Positions 37,641 to 52,880 of a DNA stretch of 64,000 nt are shown here, piece after piece; the stretch's first letter is position 1; the number at the start of each line of letters is the position of its first letter. The DNA is from Escherichia coli (lineage in GTDB: Bacteria > Pseudomonadota > Gammaproteobacteria > Enterobacterales > Enterobacteriaceae), in assembly GCF_001677475.2 (NCBI RefSeq), contig NZ_CP015229.1. The stretch is one strand, 5' to 3'. A program made the translations under genes and the position numbers. Under the pieces are notes generated by a model. The model saw only the letters and a list, made by a program, of their open reading frames with translations. It was not told where the DNA came from and did no database searches.

Positions 37641-38645
37641 ATGGGCGATAGTATTCTTTCTCAAGCTGAAATTGATGCGCTGTTGAATGGTGACAGCGAA
37701 GTCAAAGACGAACCGACAGCCAGTGTTAGCGGCGAAAGTGACATTCGTCCGTACGATCCGAATACCCAACGACGGGTTGTGCGCGAACGTTTGCAGGCGC
37801 TGGAAATCATTAATGAGCGCTTTGCCCGCCATTTTCGTATGGGGCTGTTCAACCTGCTGCGTCGTAGCCCGGATATAACCGTCGGGGCCATCCGCATTCA
37901 GCCGTACCATGAATTTGCCCGCAACCTGCCGGTGCCGACCAACCTGAACCTTATCCATCTGAAACCGCTGCGCGGCACAGGGCTGGTGGTGTTCTCACCG
38001 AGTCTGGTGTTTATCGCCGTGGATAACCTGTTTGGCGGCGATGGACGCTTCCCGACCAAAGTGGAAGGTCGCGAGTTTACCCATACCGAACAGCGCGTCA
38101 TCAACCGCATGTTAAAGCTGGCGCTTGAAGGCTATAGCGACGCCTGGAAGGCGATTAATCCGCTGGAAGTTGAGTACGTGCGTTCGGAAATGCAGGTGAA
38201 ATTTACCAATATCACCACCTCGCCGAACGACATTGTGGTTAACACGCCGTTCCATGTGGAGATTGGCAACCTGACCGGCGAATTTAATATCTGCCTGCCA
38301 TTCAGCATGATCGAACCGCTACGAGAATTGTTGGTTAACCCGCCGCTGGAAAACTCGCGTAATGAAGATCAGAACTGGCGCGATAACCTGGTGCGCCAGG
38401 TGCAGCATTCACAGCTGGAGCTGGTCGCCAACTTTGCCGATATCTCGCTACGCCTGTCGCAGATTTTAAAACTGAAACCTGGCGATGTCCTGCCGATAGA
38501 AAAACCCGATCGCATCATCGCTCATGTTGACGGCGTTCCGGTGCTGACCAGTCAGTACGGCACCCTCAACGGTCAATATGCGTTACGAATAGAACATTTG
38601 ATTAACCCGATTTTAAATTCTCTGAACGAGGAACAGCCCAAATGA
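37641..38645 (+). CDS. fliM: flagellar motor switch protein FliM
   Basis: Start at MGDSILSQAEIDALL (ATG 37641). Confidence 0.93.
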   Translation: MGDSILSQAEIDALLNGDSEVKDEPTASVSGESDIRPYDPNTQRRVVRERLQALEIINERFARHFRMGLFNLLRRSPDITVGAIRIQPYHEFARNLPVPTNLNLIHLKPLRGTGLVVFSPSLVFIAVDNLFGGDGRFPTKVEGREFTHTEQRVINRMLKLALEGYSDAWKAINPLEVEYVRSEMQVKFTNITTSPNDIVVNTPFHVEIGNLTGEFNICLPFSMIEPLRELLVNPPLENSRNEDQNWRDNLVRQVQHSQLELVANFADISLRLSQILKLKPGDVLPIEKPDRIIAHVDGVPVLTSQYGTLNGQYALRIEHLINPILNSLNEEQPK

Positions 38646-39055
38646 GTGACATGAATAATCCGGCCGATGACAACAACGGCGCAATGGACGATCTGTGGGC
38701 TGAAGCGTTGAGCGAACAAAAATCAACCAGCGGCAAAAGCGCTGCCGACGCGGTGTTCCAGCAATTTGGCGGTGGTGATGTCAGCGGAACGTTGCAGGAT
38801 ATCGACCTGATTATGGATATTCCGGTCAAGCTGACCGTCGAGCTGGGCCGCACACGAATGACCATCAAAGAGCTGTTGCGTCTGACGCAAGGGTCAGTCG
38901 TGGCGCTGGACGGTCTGGCGGGCGAACCGCTGGATATTCTGATCAACGGTTATTTAATCGCCCAGGGCGAAGTGGTGGTCGTTGCCGATAAATATGGCGT
39001 GCGGATCACCGATATCATTACTCCGTCTGAGCGAATGCGTCGCCTGAGCCGTTAG
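38642..39055 (+). CDS. fliN: flagellar motor switch protein FliN
   Basis: 137 aa. Confidence 0.95.
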   Translation: MSDMNNPADDNNGAMDDLWAEALSEQKSTSGKSAADAVFQQFGGGDVSGTLQDIDLIMDIPVKLTVELGRTRMTIKELLRLTQGSVVALDGLAGEPLDILINGYLIAQGEVVVVADKYGVRITDIITPSERMRRLSR

Positions 39056-39423
39056 TGATGAATAACCACGCTACTGTGCAATCTTCCGCGCCGGTTTCTG
39101 CTGCGCCACTGCTGCAGGTGAGCGGCGCACTCATCGCCATTATTGCCCTGATCCTCGCTGCTGCCTGGCTGGTAAAACGGCTGGGATTTGCCCCTAAACG
39201 AACTGGCGTTAACGGTCTGAAAATTAGTGCCAGTACTTCGCTGGGCGCGCGTGAACGGGTCGTGGTGGTCGATGTGGAAGATGCACGGCTGGTGCTCGGC
39301 GTTACCGCAGGGCAAATCAATCTGCTGCATAAACTTCCCCCTTCAGCACCAACGGAAGAGATACTGCAGACCGATTTTCAGTCGGTCATGAAAAACTTGC
39401 TTAAGCGTAGCGGGAGATCCTGA
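39055..39423 (+). CDS. fliO: flagellar biosynthesis protein FliO
   Basis: 122 aa. Confidence 0.9.
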   Translation: MMNNHATVQSSAPVSAAPLLQVSGALIAIIALILAAAWLVKRLGFAPKRTGVNGLKISASTSLGARERVVVVDVEDARLVLGVTAGQINLLHKLPPSAPTEEILQTDFQSVMKNLLKRSGRS

Positions 39424-40160
39424 TGCGTCGTTTGTTGTCTGTCGCACCTGTCCTTCTCTGTCTGGTTACGCCCCTCGCCTTCGCGCAACTGCCGGGTATC
39501 ACCAGCCAGCCGCTGCCTGGCGGTGGACAAAGCTGGTCGCTCCCGGTGCAGACGCTGGTGTTCATCACCTCGTTGACGTTTATTCCGGCAATTTTACTGA
39601 TGATGACCAGTTTCACCCGCATCATCATTGTTTTTGGTTTATTGCGTAACGCACTGGGAACACCCTCCGCGCCACCTAACCAGGTATTGCTGGGGCTGGC
39701 ACTGTTTTTGACCTTTTTTATTATGTCACCGGTGATCGACAAAATTTATGTCGATGCGTACCAGCCATTCAGCGAAGAGAAAATATCAATGCAGGAGGCG
39801 CTGGAAAAAGGGGCGCAGCCGCTACGTGAGTTTATGCTGCGTCAGACCCGTGAGGCGGATTTAGGGTTGTTTGCCAGACTAGCGAATACCGGCCCGTTGC
39901 AGGGACCTGAAGCCGTGCCGATGCGCATTTTGCTCCCGGCCTACGTGACCAGCGAGTTGAAAACCGCATTTCAGATAGGCTTCACGATTTTCATCCCTTT
40001 TTTAATTATCGACCTGGTGATTGCCAGCGTGTTGATGGCATTGGGGATGATGATGGTCCCCCCCGCCACCATTGCTCTGCCCTTTAAACTGATGCTGTTT
40101 GTACTGGTGGATGGTTGGCAATTGCTGGTCGGTTCGCTGGCGCAGAGCTTTTACAGCTAG
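39423..40160 (+). CDS. fliP: flagellar export apparatus protein FliP
   Basis: 245 aa. Confidence 0.95.
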   Translation: MRRLLSVAPVLLCLVTPLAFAQLPGITSQPLPGGGQSWSLPVQTLVFITSLTFIPAILLMMTSFTRIIIVFGLLRNALGTPSAPPNQVLLGLALFLTFFIMSPVIDKIYVDAYQPFSEEKISMQEALEKGAQPLREFMLRQTREADLGLFARLANTGPLQGPEAVPMRILLPAYVTSELKTAFQIGFTIFIPFLIIDLVIASVLMALGMMMVPPATIALPFKLMLFVLVDGWQLLVGSLAQSFYS

Positions 40161-40169
40161 AGAGGCAAA

Positions 40170-40439
40170 ATGACACCTGAATCGGTCATGATGATGGGGA
40201 CTGAAGCGATGAAAGTCGCGCTGGCACTGGCTGCCCCGCTGTTGCTGGTGGCACTGGTCACTGGCCTTATCATCAGTATTTTGCAGGCCGCTACACAGAT
40301 TAACGAAATGACGCTGTCGTTTATTCCGAAAATCATCGCCGTATTTATCGCCATTATTATTGCCGGACCGTGGATGCTCAATCTGTTGCTGGATTACGTC
40401 CGCACCTTGTTCACTAACCTGCCATATATCATCGGGTAG
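40170..40439 (+). CDS. fliQ: flagellar export apparatus protein FliQ
   Basis: 89 aa. Confidence 0.95.
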   Translation: MTPESVMMMGTEAMKVALALAAPLLLVALVTGLIISILQAATQINEMTLSFIPKIIAVFIAIIIAGPWMLNLLLDYVRTLFTNLPYIIG

Positions 40440-40447
40440 CCCGTACA

Positions 40448-41233
40448 ATGATGCAGGTGACAAGCGATCAATGGCTTTCCTGGCTAAGTCTGTACTTCTG
40501 GCCGTTACTGCGCGTGCTGGCGCTCATTTCTACCGCGCCAATTCTGAGCGAACGCAGCGTGCCGAAACGGGTAAAACTGGGTCTGGCAATGATGATCACG
40601 TTCGCCATTGCCCCATCATTACCTGCCAACGATGTTCCTGTTTTTTCGTTCTTTGCTCTGTGGCTGGCCGTGCAGCAGATCCTGATCGGCATTGCGCTTG
40701 GTTTTACCATGCAATTTGCCTTTGCCGCTGTGCGAACCGCTGGCGAAATTATCGGTCTGCAAATGGGGCTGTCATTTGCGACATTTGTCGATCCGGCCAG
40801 CCATCTTAATATGCCCGTTTTAGCGCGTATCATGGATATGCTGGCGTTACTGCTGTTCCTGACATTTAACGGTCATTTATGGTTGATTTCACTGCTGGTC
40901 GATACCTTTCACACCCTGCCGATTGGTGGCGAACCGTTGAACAGCAATGCGTTTCTGGCACTCACCAAAGCAGGGAGTTTGATTTTCCTTAACGGGCTGA
41001 TGCTGGCGTTACCGCTCATTACTCTGCTGCTGACACTGAATCTGGCATTAGGTTTACTTAATCGTATGGCCCCGCAATTATCCATTTTTGTTATTGGATT
41101 TCCATTAACTCTGACTGTCGGCATCTCTTTAATGGCGGCATTAATGCCGTTAATTGCGCCTTTTTGCGAACATTTATTCAGTGAAATTTTTAATTTGCTG
41201 GCGGATATTATTAGTGAATTGCCATTAATATAA
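40448..41233 (+). CDS. fliR: flagellar export apparatus protein FliR
   Basis: 261 aa. Confidence 0.95.
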   Translation: MMQVTSDQWLSWLSLYFWPLLRVLALISTAPILSERSVPKRVKLGLAMMITFAIAPSLPANDVPVFSFFALWLAVQQILIGIALGFTMQFAFAAVRTAGEIIGLQMGLSFATFVDPASHLNMPVLARIMDMLALLLFLTFNGHLWLISLLVDTFHTLPIGGEPLNSNAFLALTKAGSLIFLNGLMLALPLITLLLTLNLALGLLNRMAPQLSIFVIGFPLTLTVGISLMAALMPLIAPFCEHLFSEIFNLLADIISELPLI

Positions 41234-41522
41234 TTCCGTAACGTTTATCATGTTATCCTAAGGATTATCCGAAAAATAATACCTGCGAACATCTTCCAGG
41301 ATACTCCTGTGGCGAAATATTTGTTTTAAGCTCACTCACATATCGCAACATTTACTTTACTTTAAGACAATTCCAGGCAAATTATACAACACTTTACGGG
41401 ATAGTAAGTCCGCCTGAAAAATCGCGAGAGTGGCGCATTAGGTGACCCATGTTGTTCCGTTTAGTCATGATGAAATATTCAGGTAAGGGGAATTATCGTT
41501 ACGCATTGAGTGAGGGTATGCC

Positions 41523-42146
41523 ATGTCAACGATTATTATGGATTTATGTAGTTACACCCGACTAGGTTTAACCGGGTATCTGTTGAGTAGAGGGGTTAAA
41601 AAAAGAGAAATCAACGACATTGAAACCGTTGATGACCTTGCCATAGCTTGTGATTCACAGCGCCCTTCAGTGGTGTTTATTAATGAGGACTGTTTCATCC
41701 ACGATGCTTCTAACAGTCAGCGTATCAAGCTCATCATTAATCAACATCCCAATACGTTATTTATCGTTTTTATGGCAATTGCCAATGTTCATTTTGATGA
41801 ATATCTATTGGTCAGGAAAAATTTATTGATCAGTTCTAAATCGATCAAACCGGAATCTCTCGACGATATCCTTGGCGATATTCTGAAAAAAGAGACAACG
41901 GTAACCTCGTTTTTAAATATGCCGACGTTATCATTGAGCCGAACCGAATCGAGTATGTTGCGAATGTGGATGGCAGGTCAGGGAACAATTCAAATCTCCG
42001 ACCAAATGAATATCAAAGCCAAGACCGTTTCATCGCATAAAGGTAATATTAAACGTAAGATCAAAACGCATAATAAACAGGTTATCTACCATGTCGTCCG
42101 ACTGACGGATAATGTAACTAATGGTATTTTTGTCAACATGCGCTAA
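41523..42146 (+). CDS. rcsA: colanic acid capsule regulator RcsA (LuxR-type)
   Basis: 207 aa AT-rich ORF; K-12 synteny. Confidence 0.93.
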   Translation: MSTIIMDLCSYTRLGLTGYLLSRGVKKREINDIETVDDLAIACDSQRPSVVFINEDCFIHDASNSQRIKLIINQHPNTLFIVFMAIANVHFDEYLLVRKNLLISSKSIKPESLDDILGDILKKETTVTSFLNMPTLSLSRTESSMLRMWMAGQGTIQISDQMNIKAKTVSSHKGNIKRKIKTHNKQVIYHVVRLTDNVTNGIFVNMR

Positions 42147-42152
42147 CACATT

Positions 42153-42178
42153 CTGACTGGTGGTTTCCCACCAGTCAG
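42153..42178. terminator. bidirectional hairpin between rcsA and dsrB
   Basis: ctgactggtgg-tttc-ccaccagtcag perfect palindrome. Confidence 0.6.
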
Positions 42179-42189
42179 GCTGAATAAGA

Positions 42190-42468
<279 letters not shown>

Positions 42469-42540
42469 CTATACTTAAGAGATGCCAGGCGGACTTAACG
42501 ACTGGCGGCAACAACAGAGTAACGGTTGCGAGGAAAGATG

Positions 42541-42768
42541 ATGAAAACCGCAAAAGAGTACAGCGATACCGCAAAACGTGAGGTCAGCGTCGATGTCGAT
42601 GCCCTGCTGGCGGCGATCAATGAAATTAGCGAAAGCGAAGTTCATCGCAGCCAGAACGATTCTGAACACGTTAGCGTCGATGGACGTGAATATCATACAT
42701 GGCGTGAATTGGCGGATGCCTTCGAACTGGATATTCATGACTTCAGCGTCTCTGAAGTGAATCGTTGA
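42541..42768 (+). CDS. yodD: stress-induced protein YodD
   Basis: Start at MKTAKEYSDTAKREV (ATG 42541). Confidence 0.88.
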   Translation: MKTAKEYSDTAKREVSVDVDALLAAINEISESEVHRSQNDSEHVSVDGREYHTWRELADAFELDIHDFSVSEVNR

Positions 42769-42781
42769 ATGCACAATAAAA

Positions 42782-42868
42782 AAATCCCGACCCTGAGGGG
42801 GTCGGGATGAAACTTGCTTAAGCAAGAAGCACTTAAAAAATTCGTTACACCAGGAAATCTGATGTGTT
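42782..42868 (-). ncRNA. dsrA: small regulatory RNA DsrA (rpoS activator / hns repressor)
   Basis: Reverse complement reads AACACATCAGATTTCCTGGTGTAACGAATTTTTTAAGTGCTTCTTGCTTAAGCAAGTTTCATCCCGACCCCCTCAGGGTCGGGATTT, the recalled DsrA sequence. Confidence 0.9.
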
Positions 42869-43047
42869 CATCACCTTATCCGCAATTTTTTTCGCTGACA
42901 AGAAAATATTCGCTATATAAATGATTAACGCTACTTATGAATAGAAATGTGACGCACGTCACCCCTTGGTGGCTCTGGCGTCAACGGGATCGCTCCCGAA
43001 AAGATCGTCTTTGATTATTTGTGCTGTTTTGAGAATCATCCTGGTAA

Positions 43048-45572
<2,525 letters not shown>

Positions 45573-45742
45573 CCTGACGACTCCCAACCTGCTTTTTTAT
45601 GATTCTGGCATAACCCGGCGATAACGTACCGCAAAACAGCGATAATTTTATAATGGTGGCATGATAAGACGCGACTATCATTCATTGCAGGCATTGGCAC
45701 ACCAGGCTGGATGTGATCCGGCCTGGTGTTAATGATACCCTT

Positions 45743-45925
45743 TCAAACTTCTTCCGCAGGACGACTCCCCTCCCCCGGAACAAGCTCGGTTTCATGAAAA
45801 GCTTCGCGCTTGACCCCGTAACCGTCATACCAACGACACTCAACCATACCGCTGGAGTATCCAGTGACAATCATCCGCGGGCCGCCCTCTTTAACCGTAA
45901 CTTCCTCACTAACCATAAAGCTCAT
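45743..45925 (-). CDS. yodC: uncharacterized protein YodC
   Basis: 60 aa. Confidence 0.8.
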   Translation of the reverse strand: MSFMVSEEVTVKEGGPRMIVTGYSSGMVECRWYDGYGVKREAFHETELVPGEGSRPAEEV

Positions 45926-46003
45926 ACTCGCCTCCTTTTTTCGAGTGAAACTTGTTCACCTTAGTTGAAGATGGCGAATTTTGCATAATAGCCAGTGCGA
46001 GTA

Positions 46004-46921
46004 TTAATGTGCCTGACCGCGCATTTTCGCTACTGCTTTCACTCCCAGCACCACGATGCCGCCGATGATAAATCCAAGAATCAGATTTAAAATAGTCGGT
46101 AATATCATCGCCACCACTGCACTTTGCTGCCCGGCGAAATGTTCAATGGCGTGATGCAACGGCGCAATACCATGTACCACAATCCCGCCGCCGACGAGGA
46201 ACATCGCCAGCGTACCGACAATCGATAACGCTTTCATCAACCAGGGCGCGATAATCAATAACCCTTTACCTAATGCCTGCATCAGCGCGCTGGATTTTTC
46301 CGCCAGCCAATACCCCAGGTCATCAATCTTAACGATAACCCCTACCAGACCGTAGACGCCCACGGTCACTACCAGCGCGATGCCTGAAAGCACCAGCACC
46401 TGATTAAGCAACGGCGCTTCTGCCACAATCCCCAGCGTGATGGCGACGATTTCCGCAGACAATATAAAATCGGTACGAATCGCCCCTTTTATTTTGTCCT
46501 TTTCAAACTTCAGCGGATCCTGCGCCGCCAGCTTCTCCAGACGCTGCTGACTCTGCGCCGGATCTTCTTTATGTTTACGCGCCTCCAGCATATGCAGCAC
46601 TTTCTCTACCCCTTCAAAGCAGAGAAACGCGCCGCCAATCATCAACAGTGGTGTAATCGCCCACGGGATAAACGCACTGATGATCAGCGCCAGCGGCACC
46701 AGAATCACTTTATTGATCAGCGATCCTTTCGCCACGCCCCAGACCACGGGAAGTTCCCGGTTGGCCCGCACGCCTGAAACTTGTTGCGCATTGAGCGATA
46801 AGTCATCCCCTAATACACCGGCGGTTTTCTTCGCCGCCAGTTTGCCCATCACGGAAATATCGTCCAGCAGTGTGGCGATATCATCGAGCAACGTCAGTAA
46901 ACTACTCCCGGCCAAAAGCAT
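46004..46921 (-). CDS. yedI: inner membrane protein YedI (DUF808)
   Basis: 305 aa membrane ORF. Confidence 0.9.
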   Translation of the reverse strand: MLLAGSSLLTLLDDIATLLDDISVMGKLAAKKTAGVLGDDLSLNAQQVSGVRANRELPVVWGVAKGSLINKVILVPLALIISAFIPWAITPLLMIGGAFLCFEGVEKVLHMLEARKHKEDPAQSQQRLEKLAAQDPLKFEKDKIKGAIRTDFILSAEIVAITLGIVAEAPLLNQVLVLSGIALVVTVGVYGLVGVIVKIDDLGYWLAEKSSALMQALGKGLLIIAPWLMKALSIVGTLAMFLVGGGIVVHGIAPLHHAIEHFAGQQSAVVAMILPTILNLILGFIIGGIVVLGVKAVAKMRGQAH

Positions 46922-47093
46922 TCCCTCTCATTTTTATTGTTGAAGGGTGTAAGTATGAAGCAAAAACGGCAGCTCTGATACTTGCTTCACAGGTCAACAT
47001 TTTTTTAACAATCAAGTGCAATTATATCTCTCGCCAGCAGAATGATTTTCACGTTTACTATGACCCACCTTTTTATTTCCACCGTGAGGGATT

Positions 47094-48014
47094 ATGCGTT
47101 TCCGCCAGTTATTACCGCTTTTTGGCGCGCTGTTTGCGTTGTATATCATTTGGGGCTCAACCTATTTTGTCATTCGGATTGGCGTGGAAAGCTGGCCGCC
47201 GTTAATGATGGCGGGCGTGCGATTCCTGGCAGCCGGTATTTTATTGCTGGCATTTTTGCTACTGCGCGGACACAAACTTCCCCCGCTACGTCCGCTGCTC
47301 AATGCCGCGCTGATTGGCCTGTTATTGCTGGCTGTCGGTAATGGCATGGTGACGGTTGCCGAACATCAAAATGTTCCTTCCGGCATCGCCGCCGTAGTGG
47401 TTGCAACCGTGCCTCTCTTTACCCTGTGCTTCAGCCGCCTGTTTGGCATTAAAACGCGCAAACTGGAATGGGTGGGTATCGCCATTGGGCTTGCCGGAAT
47501 CATCATGCTCAATAGCGGTGGAAATTTAAGCGGCAATCCGTGGGGCGCGATTCTGATTTTAATCGGCTCGATTAGCTGGGCGTTTGGCTCGGTTTATGGC
47601 TCGCGCATTACCTTACCTGTAGGGATGATGGCGGGTGCGATTGAGATGCTGGCGGCAGGCGTGGTGTTAATGATTGCGTCGATGATTGCGGGTGAAAAAC
47701 TGACGGCGCTCCCTTCTCTTTCAGGCTTCCTTGCGGTCGGCTATCTGGCGCTGTTTGGTTCGATTATCGCCATTAACGCTTATATGTATTTAATCCGCAA
47801 CGTCAGTCCGGCTCTCGCCACCAGCTACGCCTACGTTAACCCGGTGGTCGCGGTCTTGCTGGGTACGGGACTGGGCGGAGAGACGCTGTCGAAGATTGAA
47901 TGGCTGGCGCTCGGCGTAATTGTCTTCGCAGTGGTACTGGTCACGTTGGGAAAATATCTCTTCCCGGCCAAACCCGTAGTTGCGCCAGTTATTCAGGACG
48001 CATCAAGCGAGTAA
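47094..48014 (+). CDS. yedA: EamA-family transporter YedA
   Basis: 306 aa ten-helix membrane ORF. Confidence 0.9.
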   Translation: MRFRQLLPLFGALFALYIIWGSTYFVIRIGVESWPPLMMAGVRFLAAGILLLAFLLLRGHKLPPLRPLLNAALIGLLLLAVGNGMVTVAEHQNVPSGIAAVVVATVPLFTLCFSRLFGIKTRKLEWVGIAIGLAGIIMLNSGGNLSGNPWGAILILIGSISWAFGSVYGSRITLPVGMMAGAIEMLAAGVVLMIASMIAGEKLTALPSLSGFLAVGYLALFGSIIAINAYMYLIRNVSPALATSYAYVNPVVAVLLGTGLGGETLSKIEWLALGVIVFAVVLVTLGKYLFPAKPVVAPVIQDASSE

Positions 48015-48473
48015 TTGAATCCCCTGCGTGTCGATCTGCGCGCTGGCACCTTCGCCGCAGATCCACTCTTCCAGACGCTCGCTAAGCGCTTCATCCGTCA
48101 GCTTCTCGCGCCCACGTAACGCACACTCCCAGACAATCAGTACGCGCCAGCCAAGCTCCTGCAATCGACTGAGATCACGGCGATCCCGCTCAACATTTTT
48201 ACTTATCTTCTCCAGCCAGAACTCGGTTCGAGTCGCAGGCACTTTAAACAGATAGCAGTGATGATGATGCCAGAAGCAGCCATGGGTAAATATCACGCAG
48301 CGATATTCATCAACGACAAAATCCGGGCGTCCGGGGAGATCCGCGTCCTGAACGCGAAACGCCAGGCCCTGCCCGGTTAACAGACTGGCCAGGCGCTTCT
48401 CAATCGCCGTATCACGCGTGGCAATCGCGCGCATATTTTTGCTGCGAGTGGCCTTATCGTGAACGTCGGCCAT
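48003..48473 (-). CDS. vsr: very-short-patch repair endonuclease Vsr
   Basis: Start at [17 protein letters not shown] (156 aa); overlaps dcm 3' end as in K-12. Confidence 0.93.
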   Translation of the reverse strand: MADVHDKATRSKNMRAIATRDTAIEKRLASLLTGQGLAFRVQDADLPGRPDFVVDEYRCVIFTHGCFWHHHHCYLFKVPATRTEFWLEKISKNVERDRRDLSRLQELGWRVLIVWECALRGREKLTDEALSERLEEWICGEGASAQIDTQGIQLLA

Positions 48474-49872
48474 GTTGTGCCTCTTGCTGACGCAACGCCA
48501 CCGCCTGTTTGATTTTTGGCTCAAGCAGTTTTGCCACCGCGGCAAAGACCGGCACGACCACCGAGTTACCGAACTGGCGATAGGCCTGAGTGTCCGAAAC
48601 CGGAATGCGGAATTTCGCTTCTCCCGGCGCTTCAAAACCCATTAAGCGCGCGCATTCACGGGGCGTTAACCGACGTGGACGATGTTGCTGATTCTGCGGA
48701 TCGTCAAAGTCTTTCTCACCTTTGGCCATATCCCAGCCGCGATCGATTAAAATTTCCGCGCCATCTTTGTAATAACGCGCAGACAGCGTACGCGTGACGC
48801 TTTGCGGATTGTTCGGATAAACCATTCCATAACCGAAGCCGTTACCGCGCGCCTGATGTTTTTTCGCATATCGATAGAGGTACTTCCACAGCACCGGCGT
48901 CAGGATATATTTCGCCTCGACCATCGGGTCCAGCAGCTGCGCCAGCGTCACTCGCTGCGCAGGGAAACATTCGCTGATATCACGCAGGGTAAAATCGGCT
49001 TTCAGATTCAGATCGCGACGAAAACCCACCAGCACGATGCGTTCACGGTGCTGCGGCAGAAAATGTTTGCCGTCGATGATTTTCGGATCGTCTGGCCCGT
49101 TATCTTCTGCATCAGCCACGTCATAGCCCAGTTCGTCCAGCGTCTGCATGATGATGCGGAACGTTTTACCCTGGTCGTGACTTTTCAGGTTTTTGACGTT
49201 TTCGAGCACAAACATCGCCGGACGACGCGCGTCGATAATGCGTACCACATCAAAGAACAGCGTGCCCTGGGTATCGCAGGCAAAACCGTGCGCCCGCCCG
49301 AGCGAGTTCTTTTTCGATACGCCAGCCAGCGAAAATGGCTGACAAGGGAAACCGGCCAGTAAAACATCGTGTTCAGGAATGTGTTGACGAATATGTTCCG
49401 CCGCCGCCTCATCACTCACTCCTTCTTTATGGCTGAGGGTGATGTCGCGGACATCTTCATTAAAACGATGCGTCGCCGGGTCGCAATAATGATTGGCTTT
49501 ATAAGTGCGTACCGCATGTTTGTTCCATTCGCTGGTAAACACGCACTGTCCGCCAATCGATTCAAAACCGCGACGGATGCCGCCAATTCCGGCGAATAGA
49601 TCGATAAAGCGAAACGCATAATGCGGATGATGTGCCGGTGGTTTGGGTAACAACGTTTGCAGATGGGCGAACTCTTTCTCACTTAAACGGTGCCATGCCG
49701 AGTCATTCGCCAGCGCACGTTTTAAAATTGCCGCGCTCCAGTGATTCTCACCCACACCATTAAGCTGCGCCACCAGCGTTTTAACATCATAAATTTGCAG
49801 CAGTTTCTCCAGCATTGCCTGTGCGGCATTCCCGGTGCTGTATGAATCGGTTACTGATATATTTTCCTGCAT
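48454..49872 (-). CDS. dcm: DNA-cytosine C5 methyltransferase Dcm
   Basis: 472 aa with motif I (DLFAGIGG) and PCQPFS catalytic motif. Confidence 0.95.
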   Translation of the reverse strand: MQENISVTDSYSTGNAAQAMLEKLLQIYDVKTLVAQLNGVGENHWSAAILKRALANDSAWHRLSEKEFAHLQTLLPKPPAHHPHYAFRFIDLFAGIGGIRRGFESIGGQCVFTSEWNKHAVRTYKANHYCDPATHRFNEDVRDITLSHKEGVSDEAAAEHIRQHIPEHDVLLAGFPCQPFSLAGVSKKNSLGRAHGFACDTQGTLFFDVVRIIDARRPAMFVLENVKNLKSHDQGKTFRIIMQTLDELGYDVADAEDNGPDDPKIIDGKHFLPQHRERIVLVGFRRDLNLKADFTLRDISECFPAQRVTLAQLLDPMVEAKYILTPVLWKYLYRYAKKHQARGNGFGYGMVYPNNPQSVTRTLSARYYKDGAEILIDRGWDMAKGEKDFDDPQNQQHRPRRLTPRECARLMGFEAPGEAKFRIPVSDTQAYRQFGNSVVVPVFAAVAKLLEPKIKQAVALRQQEAQHGRRSR

Positions 49873-49938
49873 AGATTTAACCGGCCATCTGAGATGGCCG
49901 ACAGGTTAACATAATTACAGCCATTTAGGGCCACGCGC

Positions 49939-50634
49939 TCAGCCCGCGGGTGAAAACGCATCTATCACCTTGTGATCGACACCTTCATTCTCCCCCGCCA
50001 GTTCGGCACTGAGCTTCGCCATAAACTCGACTAAAAAATGCGCGTTGTGCTGCGCCAGCTGCTTGCCTCTTGCGGTTTGCATGGTTTGCGGTAGCTTCAG
50101 CAACTTAGTCTGGAAATGATCCAGCGCGTAACGTTTATCATCAAGCGGGCGATGCTGTGCGAACGGATCTTCGCCATCAAACAGCGCCACGCCCAATGCC
50201 CCTGAAACGGCAAACACGCGCGCCAGGCCAATCGCCCCCAGGGCTTCCAGCCGATCCGCATCCTGGACGATTTTAGCTTCCGTTGTTAAGGGGGCGATTT
50301 GCGCGCTGAAACTGTGAGCGGCAATGGCATGACAAACGGCCTCGATTTTCTCCGCCGGAAATTGCGCGAACTCTTCACGGAGCAGGCGACGCGTCTCTTC
50401 TGCCGCCAGGATTGAAGAACGCTGCCTTTGCGGATGATTTTTCGCCAGGCTCACAATATCGTGAAAATAACAGGCGGTTAAAATCACCAGCATATCGACG
50501 TCATCATCTGCCGCCAGCTTCTGTGCCGTAGCCCAGACGCGGCGAAAATGACACACGTCATGGGCCGCGTCCTGGTGCTGATGATGGTTTTTCAACCAGT
50601 TTTCGAACTGTGCCTGCCAGTGTTGTAAGTCCAT
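49939..50634 (-). CDS. yedJ: HD-domain phosphohydrolase YedJ
   Basis: Start at [14 protein letters not shown]. Confidence 0.9.
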   Translation of the reverse strand: MDLQHWQAQFENWLKNHHQHQDAAHDVCHFRRVWATAQKLAADDDVDMLVILTACYFHDIVSLAKNHPQRQRSSILAAEETRRLLREEFAQFPAEKIEAVCHAIAAHSFSAQIAPLTTEAKIVQDADRLEALGAIGLARVFAVSGALGVALFDGEDPFAQHRPLDDKRYALDHFQTKLLKLPQTMQTARGKQLAQHNAHFLVEFMAKLSAELAGENEGVDHKVIDAFSPAG

Positions 50635-50673
50635 ACGCGCTCCGTTGCCAAAGAGTCGCAACCTTAGCAGTTT

Positions 50674-51057
50674 TTATTCATAGCGTCTGCTACGTGCGGG
50701 ACGAGGTCGGGTGTACCAGGCAATGCTGCCTAACAATGCCCCGACCAGAGCCATAAATAAAAATCCGACCAGTGCCCCTAACCACTTTCCCGCGGTAGAT
50801 CCTAAATCGCTTTCAAATCCCGACACCGGGGCATCGGGGATCCGGCTCATCACCCAGATGTAACGCGCCATTGCCCAGACGAAATAGCCACACCATGTAT
50901 AGAAAGCCCACAAAGCCAATTTGCCGCCAGGGCTGCGAGAGAGTCTCTCTTCCATCTTTGTCGAACCGTATTCCATTTTGAGATAACCCGGAAAATTCAG
51001 ACTTAGTACTATTATGTGATAAAAGTCACATTTTTCCACATTGGATGAGCCAGTCAA
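50674..51057 (-). CDS. yedR: inner membrane protein YedR
   Basis: ORF with two TM helices; start codon uncertain. Confidence 0.75.
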   Translation of the reverse strand: MTGSSNVEKCDFYHIIVLSLNFPGYLKMEYGSTKMEERLSRSPGGKLALWAFYTWCGYFVWAMARYIWVMSRIPDAPVSGFESDLGSTAGKWLGALVGFLFMALVGALLGSIAWYTRPRPARSRRYE

Positions 51058-51604
51058 GACTCACTCATTTTTTGAACAAATAGATAATTTTTGCGCAACG
51101 GCAGTGAATACAGGAAAAATCGTTTTGAGTGATTTTATTTATCTTTGATATCAGCTTTATTAATTCATTCAATCAATATATTAGCACTGATTACAATTAT
51201 ACCTTTTTATTATTCTGTGTCATGATGCCTCCGTTATTAGCCTTTTATCGTCTTGTTTATATTTTTAGGGCCGGCATGATGCCGGCTTTTTTTTATGCCT
51301 TCATTAATGTGCGCGAGATCACACCAGCCGTTTGGCGCAACAATCATTGATACTCCCTATCTTTCCGCTCAACGCATAACACATTGATATACAATTATAG
51401 TTTTCATGAATACTTATATTTAGAACTCATAATCCTGAATTATATTAAATAGATTAGAAACATTTTGAAATCTTTTAAATACATTTGTTACATGTAATCT
51501 TTAAAATAAAATGAACTTCATAGAATAGTATCCAAATGTGCTTTTTTTGGATAACGGCACTTATTGATATATTCATGAAGATTATAATCACAAGGGAATA
51601 CATA

Positions 51605-52798
51605 ATGAAAAGAAAAGTTCTGGCAATGCTGGTCCCGGCGTTATTAGTTGCTGGCGCAGCAAATGCGGCTGAAGTCTATAATAAAGATGGTAATAAACTG
51701 GATTTCTACGGAAAAGTAGCAGGTCTGCACTACTTCTCTGACAACTCGGGCGCTGATGGCGATATGTCATATGCCCGTATCGGTTTCAAAGGCGAAACAC
51801 AAATCGCTGACCAGTTCACTGGTTACGGTCAGTGGGAATACAACCTACAAGCAAATGGCACAGAAGGCGATGGAGATAACTCTGCTACCCGTCTGGCATT
51901 CGCAGGTTTAGGTTTTGGTCAGAATGGTACTTTCGATTATGGTCGTAACTACGGTGTCGTATATGACATCGAAGCATGGACCGATATGCTGCCAGAATTT
52001 GGTGGCGATACCTACGCGGGTGCCGACAACTTCATGAACGGTCGTACCAACGGTGTTGCAACCTACCGTAACAATGGCTTCTTTGGTCAGGTTGATGGCT
52101 TGAACTTTGCTTTGCAATATCAGGGTAATAATGAAAGTGGTGGACCATTCGGGCAGGAAGGTTCCGGTAGTGGTGATGGCCGTAGCCTTTCCAAAGAAAA
52201 TGGTGATGGTTTCGGTATGTCAACATCCTACGACTTCGACTTCGGTTTAAGTCTGGGTGCTGCATATTCAAACTCTGATCGTTCAGATCGTCAGGTTGGA
52301 GTTGGTTTAAATGATCGTAACCATAGCAACAGAAATGCTGGTGGTGAAACCGCTGAAGCATGGACTGTTGGTGCAAAATATGATGCTAATAATGTGTATT
52401 TAGCAGCTATGTACGCTGAAACTCGCAATATGACCCCATATGGTGGTGGCGAGTTTGATAATGGTGAATCAAGATCAGCCATCGCTAACAAAACCCAAAA
52501 CTTTGAAGTTGTTGCTCAGTATCAGTTCGACTTCGGTCTGCGCCCGTCCATCGCTTACTTGCAATCTAAAGGTAAGGATTTAGGCGGTTGGGCTCATGAC
52601 GGTAATGGCGATCCGCGTTACACCAACAAAGATCTGGTTAAATATGTTGAAGTCGGTGCGACCTACTACTTCAACAAAAATATGTCCACCTACGTTGATT
52701 ACAAAATCAACCTGCTGGACAACGATGATGACTTCTACGAAGCAAACGGCATCGCTACCGATGACATCGTTGCTGTGGGCTTAGTCTACCAGTTCTAA
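51605..52798 (+). CDS. OmpC/OmpF-family outer-membrane porin (yedS/ompN-like), apparently intact
   Basis: Signal peptide [21 protein letters not shown], beta-barrel porin sequence, C-terminal aromatic YQF. Confidence 0.88.
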   Translation: MKRKVLAMLVPALLVAGAANAAEVYNKDGNKLDFYGKVAGLHYFSDNSGADGDMSYARIGFKGETQIADQFTGYGQWEYNLQANGTEGDGDNSATRLAFAGLGFGQNGTFDYGRNYGVVYDIEAWTDMLPEFGGDTYAGADNFMNGRTNGVATYRNNGFFGQVDGLNFALQYQGNNESGGPFGQEGSGSGDGRSLSKENGDGFGMSTSYDFDFGLSLGAAYSNSDRSDRQVGVGLNDRNHSNRNAGGETAEAWTVGAKYDANNVYLAAMYAETRNMTPYGGGEFDNGESRSAIANKTQNFEVVAQYQFDFGLRPSIAYLQSKGKDLGGWAHDGNGDPRYTNKDLVKYVEVGATYYFNKNMSTYVDYKINLLDNDDDFYEANGIATDDIVAVGLVYQF

Positions 52799-52842
52799 TC
52801 AGCCAACGCGCTGCGGCGTGTTACTGTAAAACTTAACACTAG

Positions 52843-52880
52843 CCTGAGTTCGTCCCTCATCGAACTCAGGCTTTTTTATT
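52843..52880 (+). terminator. rho-independent terminator after porin gene
   Basis: cctgagttcg...cgaactcagg hairpin plus cttttttatt. Confidence 0.75.
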
